Numbered from the stretch's first letter, positions 1-8,642 are shown. The stretch: DNA of 64,000 bases from Bacteroidota bacterium (GCA_022709385.1 JAKLIX010000016.1:8926-72925), one strand, 5' to 3'. Numbers and translations: made by a program. The notes: a model not told the origin generated them from the sequence alone.

Positions 1-72
1 GCCGCCGTGGCTACCCTCGGCGGACTGGTTAGCATGTGGCTGGTGAAGGTGGCTGCAGGCGGACTAAAATAG
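1..72 (+). CDS. 3' end of a gene truncated by the window edge (hydrophobic C-terminus AAVATLGGLVSMWLVKVAAGGLK*)
   Basis: Frame 1 is open from base 1 to TAG at 70-72. Too short to identify. Confidence 0.25.
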   Translation, partial: AAVATLGGLVSMWLVKVAAGGLK

Positions 73-94
73 CCGCCCCTGCGAATGCCTGCCC

Positions 95-607
95 CTACTT
101 CCGTTTTTCAAAACCCGAGAAATCTTTTTTATCGATCTTTTCGTTGAGTTCGGTAACGAGATCTTTGTACTGGAATCTCGTCCCGCAATAATACAGCGCT
201 GTAAACGGATCCTTGTCGAGGATGTACTCCATCATCGTCTCGGGCGAAGGTACGCTTGTCATCTGTATGTATTCCTCATAGGTATAGGTAAGGAAAGCCG
301 CATCAGGACTGATCCCCCTTCTGTCGAGCAGGAAGCCGTCGTGCAGGGGCACGGGGTAGGCCAGTTCTCCCTGGTAATATACATCTTTAACGTCCGGGTA
401 GGAAACGACGCGCTGTTTGTCGGGGGAAAGGATCACAGGAACATGTTTGCTGTAATCGGCCTTTGTTTTGTAAATATAAACCGGCGGTCCGGCCTTTCCT
501 GTTTTAGATGGAAGATTGGATGTTCCCTGTTCTGCATGTTTGCGGCAGCATGACGAAAACAGCAACAGTACTGCAACTGCGGGGGTCAATGCGAGAATTT
601 TTCTCAT
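95..607 (-). CDS. hypothetical lipoprotein
   Basis: 170-aa ORF with ATG at 607. N-terminal signal peptide with a lipobox-like LLFSSC. No recognisable catalytic motif. Confidence 0.7.
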   Translation of the reverse strand: MRKILALTPAVAVLLLFSSCCRKHAEQGTSNLPSKTGKAGPPVYIYKTKADYSKHVPVILSPDKQRVVSYPDVKDVYYQGELAYPVPLHDGFLLDRRGISPDAAFLTYTYEEYIQMTSVPSPETMMEYILDKDPFTALYYCGTRFQYKDLVTELNEKIDKKDFSGFEKRK

Positions 608-700
608 AAGGTATAGCTTTACAATTGTTTACATTTCTGCAAAGATTGTAAAAAATAGTTAAGCGGCTAACATTTTTCCGCCATCGGGTGTAGAAGGTAG

Positions 701-708
701 TACTTTTG
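701..708 (+). promoter_or_regulatory. Bacteroidota-type -7 promoter box (TACTTTTG, consensus TAnnTTTG)
   Basis: Exact match to TAnnTTTG, 62 nt upstream of the ATG at 770, in an AT-rich spacer. Confidence 0.35.
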
Positions 709-769
709 GAATGAAAAATGAAACAATAACACAGGATTTTTTAATTATTCACATCTAATAACAATTACC

Positions 770-1237
770 ATGAAAAAAATCACAATGATGCTTGCAGGTC
801 TTCTTTTTGCAACTGCAGGTGTATTCGCACAGCCCGCCACGGCACCCAATCCGCAGGGCGACAACCCCAATGCTCCGGACATCAAGTTCGCCAAGCTTGT
901 CCATGACTATGGAACTGTACCCAAGGAAGGTGACGGCAACTGTGAGTTTGAATTCCAGAATGTCGGGAAAGAACCCCTGGTGCTTTCGGATGTAAAATCA
1001 AGCTGTGGCTGTACTGTTCCCCAGTGGACCCGCGAACCGATCCTTCCGGGTAAGAAAGGTGCCATTAAAGTGAAGTATGATACCAAAAGGATGGGGCCCA
1101 TCAACAAAACGGTTACCGTTCTGTCCAACGCAAAAACACCTTCCGTGGTGCTGAGGATACAGGGAACCGTGGTCGACAATCCTGCAGGAACTGCACCGGA
1201 GAAACCGGCTTCTCCGACCACACCCGTCAATAAATAA
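770..1237 (+). CDS. DUF1573 domain-containing secreted protein
   Basis: Signal peptide MKKITMMLAGLLFATAGVFAQ. Core FEFQNVGKEPLVLSDVKSSCGCTVPQW with the CGCT motif typical of DUF1573. Confidence 0.85.
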   Translation: MKKITMMLAGLLFATAGVFAQPATAPNPQGDNPNAPDIKFAKLVHDYGTVPKEGDGNCEFEFQNVGKEPLVLSDVKSSCGCTVPQWTREPILPGKKGAIKVKYDTKRMGPINKTVTVLSNAKTPSVVLRIQGTVVDNPAGTAPEKPASPTTPVNK

Positions 1238-1271
1238 TTTGGCAGGTATTTAAGTTTTTCGGATATTTGTG

Positions 1272-1306
1272 GCTGTCCGGGAGCATTCCCGGGCAGCTTT
1301 TTTTTT
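1272..1306 (+). terminator. rho-independent terminator after the DUF1573 gene
   Basis: Hairpin GCTGTCCGGGA-GCAT-TCCCGGGCAGC (one mismatch) followed by a T9 run at 1298-1306. Confidence 0.7.
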
Positions 1307-1326
1307 CCAATCAATACAAAACTGCC

Positions 1327-2526
1327 ATGCCTGCAATCTCACAGAAGGGAGTCAAAATGCCTCCCTCACCCATCAGAAAACTGGTGCCTTATGCCGATGA
1401 GGCCAAAAAAAGAGGGATCAGGGTGTATCACCTCAATATCGGTCAGCCTGATATTCCGACCCCGGAAAACGCGCTGCAAGCCATCCGGAATTATCCCGAC
1501 AAGGTGATCGAATACAGCCACTCTGCCGGAATATTCTCCTACAGGAAAAAACTCACGGAATACTATGCACGGCACAATATCCGGATCACTCCGGACCAGA
1601 TCATCGTATGTGCCGGCGGCTCGGAGGCCATCCTTTTCGGGATGCAGACCTGCCTCGATCCGGGCGACCAGATCATCATCCCGGAACCCTATTATGCTAA
1701 TTATAATGGATTCTCCATCTCTGCAGGCGTGGAAGTTGTTCCCATCCCTTCTTCTATTGAAGACGGTTTTGCCCTGCCTCCCATTGCCGAGTTCGAGAAG
1801 GTGATCACCCCGCGCACCAGGGGCATCATGGTTTGCAATCCCAATAATCCTACCGGTTATCTGTATTCAAAGGAGGAGATCCTTGTTTTAAAAGACCTTG
1901 CCCTGAAATACGATCTTTATCTCTTTGCCGACGAGGTTTACCGGGAGTTTTGCTACGACGGCAAAAAGCACTTTTCCGTCATGGAGCTCGAAGGACTGGA
2001 TGAGCATGTGGTGTTGTTTGATTCGGTTTCCAAACGATACAGTGCCTGCGGTGTCCGGATCGGCTGCCTGATCTCCCGGAACAAAGCCGTGATCAGCACT
2101 GCCCTCAAGTTCGCCCAGGCCCGCCTCAGTCCGCCGACCCTCGGACAGGTTGCCGCAGAGGCAGCTATTGATACGCCCGGGAGCTATTTCGAGGAGGTGT
2201 ACAATGAATATATTGCCAGGCGCGATGTGGTGGTTTCGGCCATCAATAAAATACCAGGCGCTTTTTGTCCCAATCCCAGCGGTGCATTCTATGTCGTTGC
2301 CCGCCTGCCGGTCGACGACAGCGATAAATTCTGCCAGTGGCTGCTTGAGGACTTTGAGTATGAGAAACAAACCGTCATGATGGCACCGGCGTCCGGATTC
2401 TATTCAGGGGCCGGAAAAGGGAAAGATGAGGTCAGGATCAGCTATGTACTGAATGTGGAAGATCTCAGGAATGCCATGAAGTGCCTGGAGGAAGCGCTGA
2501 AGGTGTACCCGGGGAAGAGGCTGTAA
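1327..2526 (+). CDS. pyridoxal-phosphate-dependent aminotransferase, class I/II (aspartate/aromatic aminotransferase-like)
   Basis: Fold-type I aminotransferase pattern with the PLP-lysine context SVSKRYSACGVRIG and NPNNPTG. I chose the ATG at 1327 because the longer ORF (1267) runs through the upstream terminator hairpin. Confidence 0.9.
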   Translation: MPAISQKGVKMPPSPIRKLVPYADEAKKRGIRVYHLNIGQPDIPTPENALQAIRNYPDKVIEYSHSAGIFSYRKKLTEYYARHNIRITPDQIIVCAGGSEAILFGMQTCLDPGDQIIIPEPYYANYNGFSISAGVEVVPIPSSIEDGFALPPIAEFEKVITPRTRGIMVCNPNNPTGYLYSKEEILVLKDLALKYDLYLFADEVYREFCYDGKKHFSVMELEGLDEHVVLFDSVSKRYSACGVRIGCLISRNKAVISTALKFAQARLSPPTLGQVAAEAAIDTPGSYFEEVYNEYIARRDVVVSAINKIPGAFCPNPSGAFYVVARLPVDDSDKFCQWLLEDFEYEKQTVMMAPASGFYSGAGKGKDEVRISYVLNVEDLRNAMKCLEEALKVYPGKRL

Positions 2527-2553
2527 TCTGTATTAATATAAATGAACTAACCC

Positions 2554-2610
2554 AAACTTCTAAACCTATAATCTGCTAAACCGATATCCAGCCGGGAACT
2601 GTTTCCGGTA
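2554..2610. repeat. direct repeat copy A1 (about 57 nt, contains the CCGGGAACTGTTTCCGG hairpin)
   Basis: AAACTTCTAAACCTATAATCTGCTAAACCGATATCCAGCCGGGAACTGTTTCCGGTA. About 80 percent identical to 2938-2993. Confidence 0.8.
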
Positions 2611-2712
2611 TGAAACGATGCTTCTCCCCGCCCGGCCCTTATTACCACAGAGTTACACGGAGTTATGCACGGAGTGGCCAAAAATTATTACTTTTCATGC
2701 ATATTGAGTTTA

Positions 2713-2760
2713 GAAGTGAAGTAAGTAAAGAAATGAATTCCAACCTTTTAACTTCACTTC
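2713..2760. repeat. inverted repeat GAAGTGAAGT / ACTTCACTTC (10-bp arms, 28-nt loop)
   Basis: Perfect 10-nt arms at 2713-2722 and 2751-2760 in an AT-rich non-coding stretch. Confidence 0.6.
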
Positions 2761-2845
2761 AATTTTTTGCCTTCATTTTTCTCACTTCTTTCAAATACTC
2801 AACGTCTAAACCGATAAACACCTATACTGTTAACTAGAATTAATT

Positions 2846-2900
2846 GAACCACATAGGACACATAGGGTAATTATCTATGTGATCTATGTGCCTATGTGTT
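2846..2900. repeat. CACATAG/CTATGTG heptamer hairpin element, copy 1
   Basis: CACATAGG (2850-2857) pairs with CCTATGTG (2891-2898). CACATAG (2859-2865) pairs with CTATGTG (2884-2890). Alignable along its length with 8509-8573. Confidence 0.8.
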
Positions 2901-2937
2901 GAAAATAAAGAGAATTGTCACGGTCAGCATGACGGCT

Positions 2938-2993
2938 AAACTTCTAAACCAATAAACCCCTAAACCGGCTTCCATCCGGGAACTGTTTCCGGT
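2938..2993. repeat. direct repeat copy A2
   Basis: AAACTTCTAAACCAATAAACCCCTAAACCGGCTTCCATCCGGGAACTGTTTCCGGTA. Ends 13 nt before the stop of the convergent gene at 3007. Confidence 0.8.
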
Positions 2994-3006
2994 ACGACAT
3001 CAACCG

Positions 3007-5124
3007 CTACTTCGCCGTCTTTGCCTTCCTGAAATAAAGATCTGCATTCGTTTTGTCGCCCATCATGCCGTAGGTATTGCCCAGGTTCGACAGCAGGCGG
3101 GGATTCAGGGAATCCTTCTCCAGGGCTTTCCGGAAAAAAATCAGGGATTTCGGAAAATCTCCTTTCAGCCCGTAACAGATGCCCAGGTTTTCCAGGGTGG
3201 AGTTGTTGGATGAATCCATGCTGTAAGCTTTCAGCAATAATGCAAGGGAACGGTCGATGTCGTTGAACACCCTGCCGTAAATCTCGCCCTGCTTGCTGTA
3301 TGCATCGGCAAAGTCTGGCTGTACGAGGATAATGGAGTCCATCAGCCGGACGGCTTCTTCTGCCTGTCCGTGCTTGGAAAGCAGGTCGGCCAGCTGTACG
3401 AAATGGTCTGTATTCTCCGGTTGTAGTTTTGTCAATACACGGAATGCCAAAATTCCCGCATCGTATTGCCCGGCCTGGCCACCAACAATCCCCGTGTAAC
3501 GGAGCTTAGAGAGCGCTTCCTTCTGCTGGTTGCTGATATTCAGACATTGGATGTAATACTCCGTCGCCTTTGCATAATCCTTCCGTTCAAGGAAAACATT
3601 GCCCAGCAGCACCCATGCTGATGAATTGCCAGGGTAAATGGAAATGGCATGCCTAAGGTACGACTCGCTTTGAGAAAGGTAACGTTCCTTCGTCAGACTG
3701 TCGGTGGCCGTCACGGCCCGGTTCAGGTACATCCCTCCTGCAGATACATTGCATTTGGCGCTGTTCACAGAGGTCTTCACGTCGGTGGTGAAAAGGGTGA
3801 AGTCATCCTTCCAGACCAAGTTACGGCTGAAAGTCTTCACTGAGTACGCAAGGCATAGGAAAATTACCAGCAGCATGGCCGGCGACCAGGTCCTGGCCTT
3901 TTCGCTGCCCCTGAATTTTACGGTGATAAGCCATGCTGCCAGCAGGGTGAATCCCAGCAAGGGTACGAACATGAATCGTTCGTTCATAAAGGTGCCGATG
4001 TTGAAAACCAGGTTGGAGGAAATGGAAAAGCTGAGCAGGTAAAACAAAATGGCATAGGAGGGAAGGGTTCTTTTCCTGAATCCGGCAATGGCGTAAATAA
4101 ACATGCCAAGGTAAGCCAGTGTGCTCAGGATCACCAGGGGATTGTCCCAGCCTGTGAGTTGGATATGCCAGGGGTAATAATCATGGGTGAGGGGGTGGGG
4201 GAAGATCAGCAACTTCAGGTAAATCCCCCAGGTCAGGATGTTGGTGGCCATCTTTTCCGAAAAAGTGGAATTGACATAAGGGTCGTTCAGTATTTCACTG
4301 ATCTTTTCCATACTGGTCAGATATCCGAGCGCATGAAAACGGAGGAGCAGGTAGGCAATGCTTCCTGCAACTAAGGGGAGTGTTACGGCCAGGTAGTCCT
4401 TCAGTTTGCTTTTCCTGAAGTAATAAAGAGTCACGGGGATAATGGCAATGAAGGTGATGGCATTCTCCTTGGCAAGCAGGGCAAGGAAAAAGGCAAGCGC
4501 GATACCAGCCAGGTAAAGGATTTTTCGTTTATTGAGCCATATCAGCGCCAGGTGAAGCGTGGCGAGCGATCCCAGCAGGCTGAGGATCTCGTCCCTGCCC
4601 TTGATATTGGCGATCACCTCCGTATGGATGGGGTGGCAAATGAACAGGAGTGTGGCCACAAACGGAAGCGAACGGTACCAGGTCGCATGATGGTACTTGA
4701 CAAGTATCTTCTTCAGTATCAGGAACAACAGTCCTGCACAGGCAGCGTAGAGCAGCAGGTTCAACAAGTGGCCTGTGAAGGGGTTCAGTCCGAAAAGTTC
4801 GTACTCCGCGGCAAACATGATCTGTGACAAGGGACGGTAACGGCCTCCCGCCACCAGTTTCTTCTGTACCCCGAAAAAACCTACGAAGGCATCATTGGAC
4901 ATGATTTCCGGGATGCCCGAGATGCCCTGTTTCGTGAAAGTGTTTTCCGTGATCATCAGGGCATCGTCGAGGGTGTAGCTCAGCGTAAGGGTGTTGGCAT
5001 AAAGCAAAAGGGAAAACCCGATCAGGAGCCAGAGCTGTTTTCGGGAGTGATCTGCAGGGGCTGGCTGCACTGGCTGTGCTTCTTCCTTTTTGGGTGCCGG
5101 CCGGTATCTGGGATTCTTTTTCAC
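3007..5124 (-). CDS. multi-pass membrane protein with C-terminal TPR repeats (TMTC/GT-C glycosyltransferase-like, DUF1736-type)
   Basis: 705 aa with a GTG start. About 10 predicted TM helices with an N-terminal LDDALMITEN...GRYRPL region, followed by about 250 aa of TPR repeats. Confidence 0.75.
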   Translation of the reverse strand: MKKNPRYRPAPKKEEAQPVQPAPADHSRKQLWLLIGFSLLLYANTLTLSYTLDDALMITENTFTKQGISGIPEIMSNDAFVGFFGVQKKLVAGGRYRPLSQIMFAAEYELFGLNPFTGHLLNLLLYAACAGLLFLILKKILVKYHHATWYRSLPFVATLLFICHPIHTEVIANIKGRDEILSLLGSLATLHLALIWLNKRKILYLAGIALAFFLALLAKENAITFIAIIPVTLYYFRKSKLKDYLAVTLPLVAGSIAYLLLRFHALGYLTSMEKISEILNDPYVNSTFSEKMATNILTWGIYLKLLIFPHPLTHDYYPWHIQLTGWDNPLVILSTLAYLGMFIYAIAGFRKRTLPSYAILFYLLSFSISSNLVFNIGTFMNERFMFVPLLGFTLLAAWLITVKFRGSEKARTWSPAMLLVIFLCLAYSVKTFSRNLVWKDDFTLFTTDVKTSVNSAKCNVSAGGMYLNRAVTATDSLTKERYLSQSESYLRHAISIYPGNSSAWVLLGNVFLERKDYAKATEYYIQCLNISNQQKEALSKLRYTGIVGGQAGQYDAGILAFRVLTKLQPENTDHFVQLADLLSKHGQAEEAVRLMDSIILVQPDFADAYSKQGEIYGRVFNDIDRSLALLLKAYSMDSSNNSTLENLGICYGLKGDFPKSLIFFRKALEKDSLNPRLLSNLGNTYGMMGDKTNADLYFRKAKTAK

Positions 5125-5136
5125 GGGATATCAGGA

Positions 5137-6360
5137 TTATTCAAAATCGGGATAAAGCAGGTATTTCTTTCTTAGTTTCTTGTATTTCAGAAGATCATCT
5201 GACCAGCTCCGGCGAATGTCCTCTTCCTGCAGCCCTTCTTTGATCTGTTTACGCAGACCGGAACCTCCTGCCAGGGTATCGAAATAATCGTTGAAAAACG
5301 CTTTCTTATCCGGGAAATCGCGGTAAAGCTCGGTAAGCCAGTAAAGAAAAAGTCTCCCGCTGTCCTTGACGAAGTTCTCGCTGAATTCCTTCAGGTCGAA
5401 ACCATGGCAGAGCTGATCCAGGTAGGGCGGGTTCATGCTGAAGCCGGGCATGGCGACCGGCGTGAAAGTGACCGAACCGTCCTTCAGTCCCGGGAACCCG
5501 ATTACCTGGAAGGGTTTGGAGGTGCCCCGTCCGACGGAAATGGCCGTACCTTCGAACAAACCCAGGCTGGGATAGAGGTAAACAGCTGCCATGTTGGGCA
5601 GATTGGGGGACGGCGCGACGGGAATCTGGTAAAGATAATCGTGCCGGTAGTTATGGACGGGGATTACCTTCAGCGAACAATTCCTGCCTTTTTTCAGCCA
5701 GCCCTCACCCTGTATCATCAGGGCGTATTCTCCCAGCGTCAGGCCATGGACGATGGGAACGGGATTGAGCCCGACAAAGGAAGCGTATCCGGGATCGAGC
5801 ACAGGACCGTCGATGAAATAGCCGTTGGGGTTCGGCCTGTCGAGGATCAGCAGCGGAATCCCCGCATCCGCACAGGCTTCCATCAGGTACTGCATGGAGC
5901 TTGCGTAAGTGTAAAAACGCACGCCCACATCCTGAAGGTCAAAGATTACCAGATCAATGCCTTTGAGATGGGCAGGGGATGGTTTCAGTTTATTGCCGTA
6001 GAGCGAAATGATCTGGATGCCGGTCTTCGGATCTTTTTCGTCTGCGATGGCTTCCCCAGCTTCCCCGCTTCCCCTGAATCCGTGTTCGGGTGAGAAGATC
6101 AGTCGGATGTCTGTTCCCAGGGCACGGAGTGTGTCTGCAAGGTGCTGCCTGCCCACTAAGGTGGTGTGATTGGCCATCAGGGCCACCTTCCTGCCCCGGA
6201 TCAGCGGCAGGTACTGGTCGAAGCGCGATGCGCCCACCTTCACCTCACTGTCTGTCACCAGGGCTCTGGAAAGGACTTTTACACCCTGTGCACCGGCAGG
6301 CAGCGACGGGATAAGGGCCAGGAAGGCAAACAGCAGGCAAATCGCGGGTCGTGGAAACAT
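5137..6360 (-). CDS. DUF1343 family protein (exo-beta-N-acetylmuramidase NamZ-like)
   Basis: Signal peptide, then MANHTTLVG...FSPEHGFRG...DLQDVGVRFYTY...LDRPNPNG, which are blocks characteristic of DUF1343/NamZ. Confidence 0.85.
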   Translation of the reverse strand: MFPRPAICLLFAFLALIPSLPAGAQGVKVLSRALVTDSEVKVGASRFDQYLPLIRGRKVALMANHTTLVGRQHLADTLRALGTDIRLIFSPEHGFRGSGEAGEAIADEKDPKTGIQIISLYGNKLKPSPAHLKGIDLVIFDLQDVGVRFYTYASSMQYLMEACADAGIPLLILDRPNPNGYFIDGPVLDPGYASFVGLNPVPIVHGLTLGEYALMIQGEGWLKKGRNCSLKVIPVHNYRHDYLYQIPVAPSPNLPNMAAVYLYPSLGLFEGTAISVGRGTSKPFQVIGFPGLKDGSVTFTPVAMPGFSMNPPYLDQLCHGFDLKEFSENFVKDSGRLFLYWLTELYRDFPDKKAFFNDYFDTLAGGSGLRKQIKEGLQEEDIRRSWSDDLLKYKKLRKKYLLYPDFE

Positions 6361-6384
6361 TACTGGAGGTCTGGTTTGAATTTT

Positions 6385-6392
6385 TACCTTTG
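6385..6392 (+). promoter_or_regulatory. -7 promoter box TACCTTTG
   Basis: Matches TAnnTTTG and lies 23 nt upstream of the in-frame TTG at 6415. Supports the short start for the permease gene. Confidence 0.4.
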
Positions 6393-6414
6393 CAATATTA
6401 TAAAAAATCAGCCA

Positions 6415-7641
6415 TTGCGCATCGAAAGCTACCTGCTGTCCCGGCTGGTCAGCAGGAAAAATACCGGATTTTCAAGACCCGTGGTTCATATTGCGGTCGT
6501 CAGTGTGGCATTGGGACTGGCCTGCATGATACTGTCGCTCGCCATCCTTACCGGCTTCCGGCATCAGATCCGCGACAAGGTGAGCGGCATGGTGGCCCAT
6601 ATCCAGCTGAACCGTTATGATAACAATCTTTCCTGGGAACAGCAGCCGGTGTCGCTTGATTATCAGTTAATTGATAAGATAAAAAAGGTAAAGGGAGTAA
6701 CCCATGCCTACCCCTATATCACCAAGCCGGGAATCATCAGAACCGCCGGCGATATTGAAGGCGTGGTGCTGAAAGGGATTGACACAGACTATGACTGGTC
6801 TTTTCTGGAGACAAGAATCATCAGTGGGAAAAGTCTGAGAACACGGGACAGCATCACTTTGATGTCCGCACTGGTTTCGCAGCAGACGGCTTCCAGGCTC
6901 GGACTAAAGGTGGGTGATCCGCTCCGGATGTATTTCATCAGGGAGGGTGAAACGACGCCGGCTGCCAGACGTCTTAGCGTCAGCGGGATTTACGAAACCG
7001 GCCTTGAGGAGTTCGACAGGATGTTCGTGTTCTGTGAGATCGGCCTGATACGCCGGCTCAACGGCTGGGAAGCGGATCAGACAGGAGGGATTGAGGTGAA
7101 GATCAGTGATTTCAGTAAGCTCGACGGGATAGCGCAAGCCATCTACCGTGAGATGCCGTATGATCTTAATGTACAGACAGTTACGGCAATGTATCCGCAG
7201 TTGTTCGACTGGCTCAGGCTGATGGATATGAATGTACTGATCATCCTTGTTCTGATGACGCTGGTTTCGGCCATGACCATGATCAGTACCTTGCTGATCC
7301 TGGTGCTGGAACGGACTACCATGATCGGTGTGCTGAAATCGCTCGGCGCGACCGACAGCAGTGTAAGAAAACTCTTCCTGATGCTGGGTGCCCATGTGCT
7401 GCTTCGCGGCTTGCTGGCGGGCAACCTGCTGGGTCTCGGACTGGCCTGGCTGCAGTGGAAGTTCGAATGGCTCCGCCTCGATCAGGCCTCCTATTACATG
7501 ACAGTGGTACCCGTGAAAATACAGCTGTTACCGCTACTGTTGCTGAATGTGGGCGCCATGCTGATCTGTATCCTGCTGATGTGGCTGCCTTCCCGCAGCG
7601 TGGCAGGAATTTCCCCGGTAAAGACGCTCAGGTACAGTTGA
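6415..7641 (+). CDS. FtsX-like ABC transporter permease (LolC/LolE lipoprotein-releasing system family)
   Basis: N-terminal IESYLLSRLVSRKNTGFSRP, one TM helix, a large periplasmic domain, and a C-terminal three-TM FtsX domain. The start is uncertain because there is no ATG. TTG 6415 is chosen because the longer ORF (6166) overlaps the namZ-like gene on the other strand. Confidence 0.8.
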   Translation: MRIESYLLSRLVSRKNTGFSRPVVHIAVVSVALGLACMILSLAILTGFRHQIRDKVSGMVAHIQLNRYDNNLSWEQQPVSLDYQLIDKIKKVKGVTHAYPYITKPGIIRTAGDIEGVVLKGIDTDYDWSFLETRIISGKSLRTRDSITLMSALVSQQTASRLGLKVGDPLRMYFIREGETTPAARRLSVSGIYETGLEEFDRMFVFCEIGLIRRLNGWEADQTGGIEVKISDFSKLDGIAQAIYREMPYDLNVQTVTAMYPQLFDWLRLMDMNVLIILVLMTLVSAMTMISTLLILVLERTTMIGVLKSLGATDSSVRKLFLMLGAHVLLRGLLAGNLLGLGLAWLQWKFEWLRLDQASYYMTVVPVKIQLLPLLLLNVGAMLICILLMWLPSRSVAGISPVKTLRYS

Positions 7642-7649
7642 TTGCCTGC

Positions 7650-8381
7650 TCAGTCCCGGTGCAGCCCGCATTCACGGTTTTCAGGATTCTCCCACCACCA
7701 CCTTCCCGAACGGATGTCATCCCCGGGTTTCACGGCCCTGGTGCAGGGCTGGCATCCGATGCTGGGATACTGCTGGTCGTGAAGCGGATGGTAAGGAATA
7801 TGCCTGCTGTGGATGTATTCCCACACCATTTCTTCCGTCCAGTTGGCCAGGGGATTGATCTTGATCAATTTTTTATTGATATTTATCAATCCCGGGATGA
7901 CATCCCAATCTGCCACTTTCAGTCCGGAACGCGTAACCGACTGGGCTTTCCGCAATCCGGTGATCCATGCGTCACATTCTTCCAAAGCCCGTTGCAGGGG
8001 TTCCACCTTGCGGATGTGGCAGCAGCTTTTGCGGTTTTCGATGCTTTCATAAAACAGGTTGATCCCTTTTTCCCTGACCATGGCCTCAACAGCCCCTCTG
8101 TCAGGGAAGAAGATCTCCATGCGGATGCCGTAACGGCTGTCAGTAGCGGCGATCAGGTCGTAGGTTTCCGGAAACAGCCTGCCGGTGTCGAGCGTGAAGA
8201 TCCTGGCTGCAGGGTCGATGGCAGCTATCATCTCGGTGAGCACCTGGTCTTCGGCTCCCAGACTGCTTGCAAATGCAATCCTGCCTTTGAAAAGGGAAAG
8301 AAAGTGCCTCAGGATTTCCTGAGGTCCCGCGTTCTTGAATTCCTCATTCCAGGCAGATACTTGTTCATCGGTAATGCTCAT
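7650..8381 (-). CDS. cysH: phosphoadenosine phosphosulfate (PAPS/APS) reductase
   Basis: PAPS_reduct fold with the C-terminal ECGLH motif. ATG 8381 is preferred over TTG 8420. A GACCTTTG -7-like box lies between the two. Confidence 0.9.
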   Translation of the reverse strand: MSITDEQVSAWNEEFKNAGPQEILRHFLSLFKGRIAFASSLGAEDQVLTEMIAAIDPAARIFTLDTGRLFPETYDLIAATDSRYGIRMEIFFPDRGAVEAMVREKGINLFYESIENRKSCCHIRKVEPLQRALEECDAWITGLRKAQSVTRSGLKVADWDVIPGLININKKLIKINPLANWTEEMVWEYIHSRHIPYHPLHDQQYPSIGCQPCTRAVKPGDDIRSGRWWWENPENRECGLHRD

Positions 8382-8508
8382 GGTGATTTTTGTGCAAAGG
8401 TCGGGATTCTTCTTATTCAACCCGGAGGCACGACTTTTCTTGCCTGAAGGATGCGATAGTCAGGAGAATGATATTGTTGCAGCGAAGACCTTTTAACAGA
8501 CAGAAGGA

Positions 8509-8573
8509 GAACCACATAGACACAAAGGTCATATAGGTTTGAATTCTATGTGAACTATGTGCCTTTGTGGTGA
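8509..8573. repeat. CACATAG/CTATGTG heptamer hairpin element, copy 2
   Basis: Three forward modules (CCACATAG, ACACAAAGG, TCATATAGG) and three reverse modules (CTATGTG, CTATGTG, CCTTTGTGG). CACAAAGG (8521-8528) pairs with CCTTTGTG (8562-8569). Confidence 0.8.
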
Positions 8574-8642
8574 TAAATGCTTCGACTCCGCTTACGCCCG
8601 TTCACAAGATTATTGCTACCTTGCGGCCCGAAAAGCGGCAGT

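Noticed and set aside
1267-1326. 20-codon N-terminal extension of the aminotransferase ORF
   Set aside because: It runs through the terminator hairpin and T-tract of the upstream gene. ATG 1327 gives a normal N-terminus.
2610-2837. 75-aa ORF in the repeat-rich spacer
   Set aside because: It is made up of translated repeat modules (the HRVTRSYARS segment comes from the CACAGAG/CACGGAG motif) and AT-rich filler. It has no start context and is more likely non-coding.
5404-6093. 229-aa plus-strand ORF
   Set aside because: It is antisense to the NamZ-like gene and is a shadow ORF.
6166-6414. N-terminal 83-codon extension of the lolE-like ORF
   Set aside because: It overlaps the namZ-like gene on the opposite strand and precedes a TACCTTTG promoter box. 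The family N-terminus begins near 6415.
7455-8447. 330-aa ORF on the plus strand
   Set aside because: It is entirely antisense to the well-supported cysH gene. The sequence is low-complexity and Arg/Gly/Pro-rich, as is typical of shadow ORFs, with no motif.
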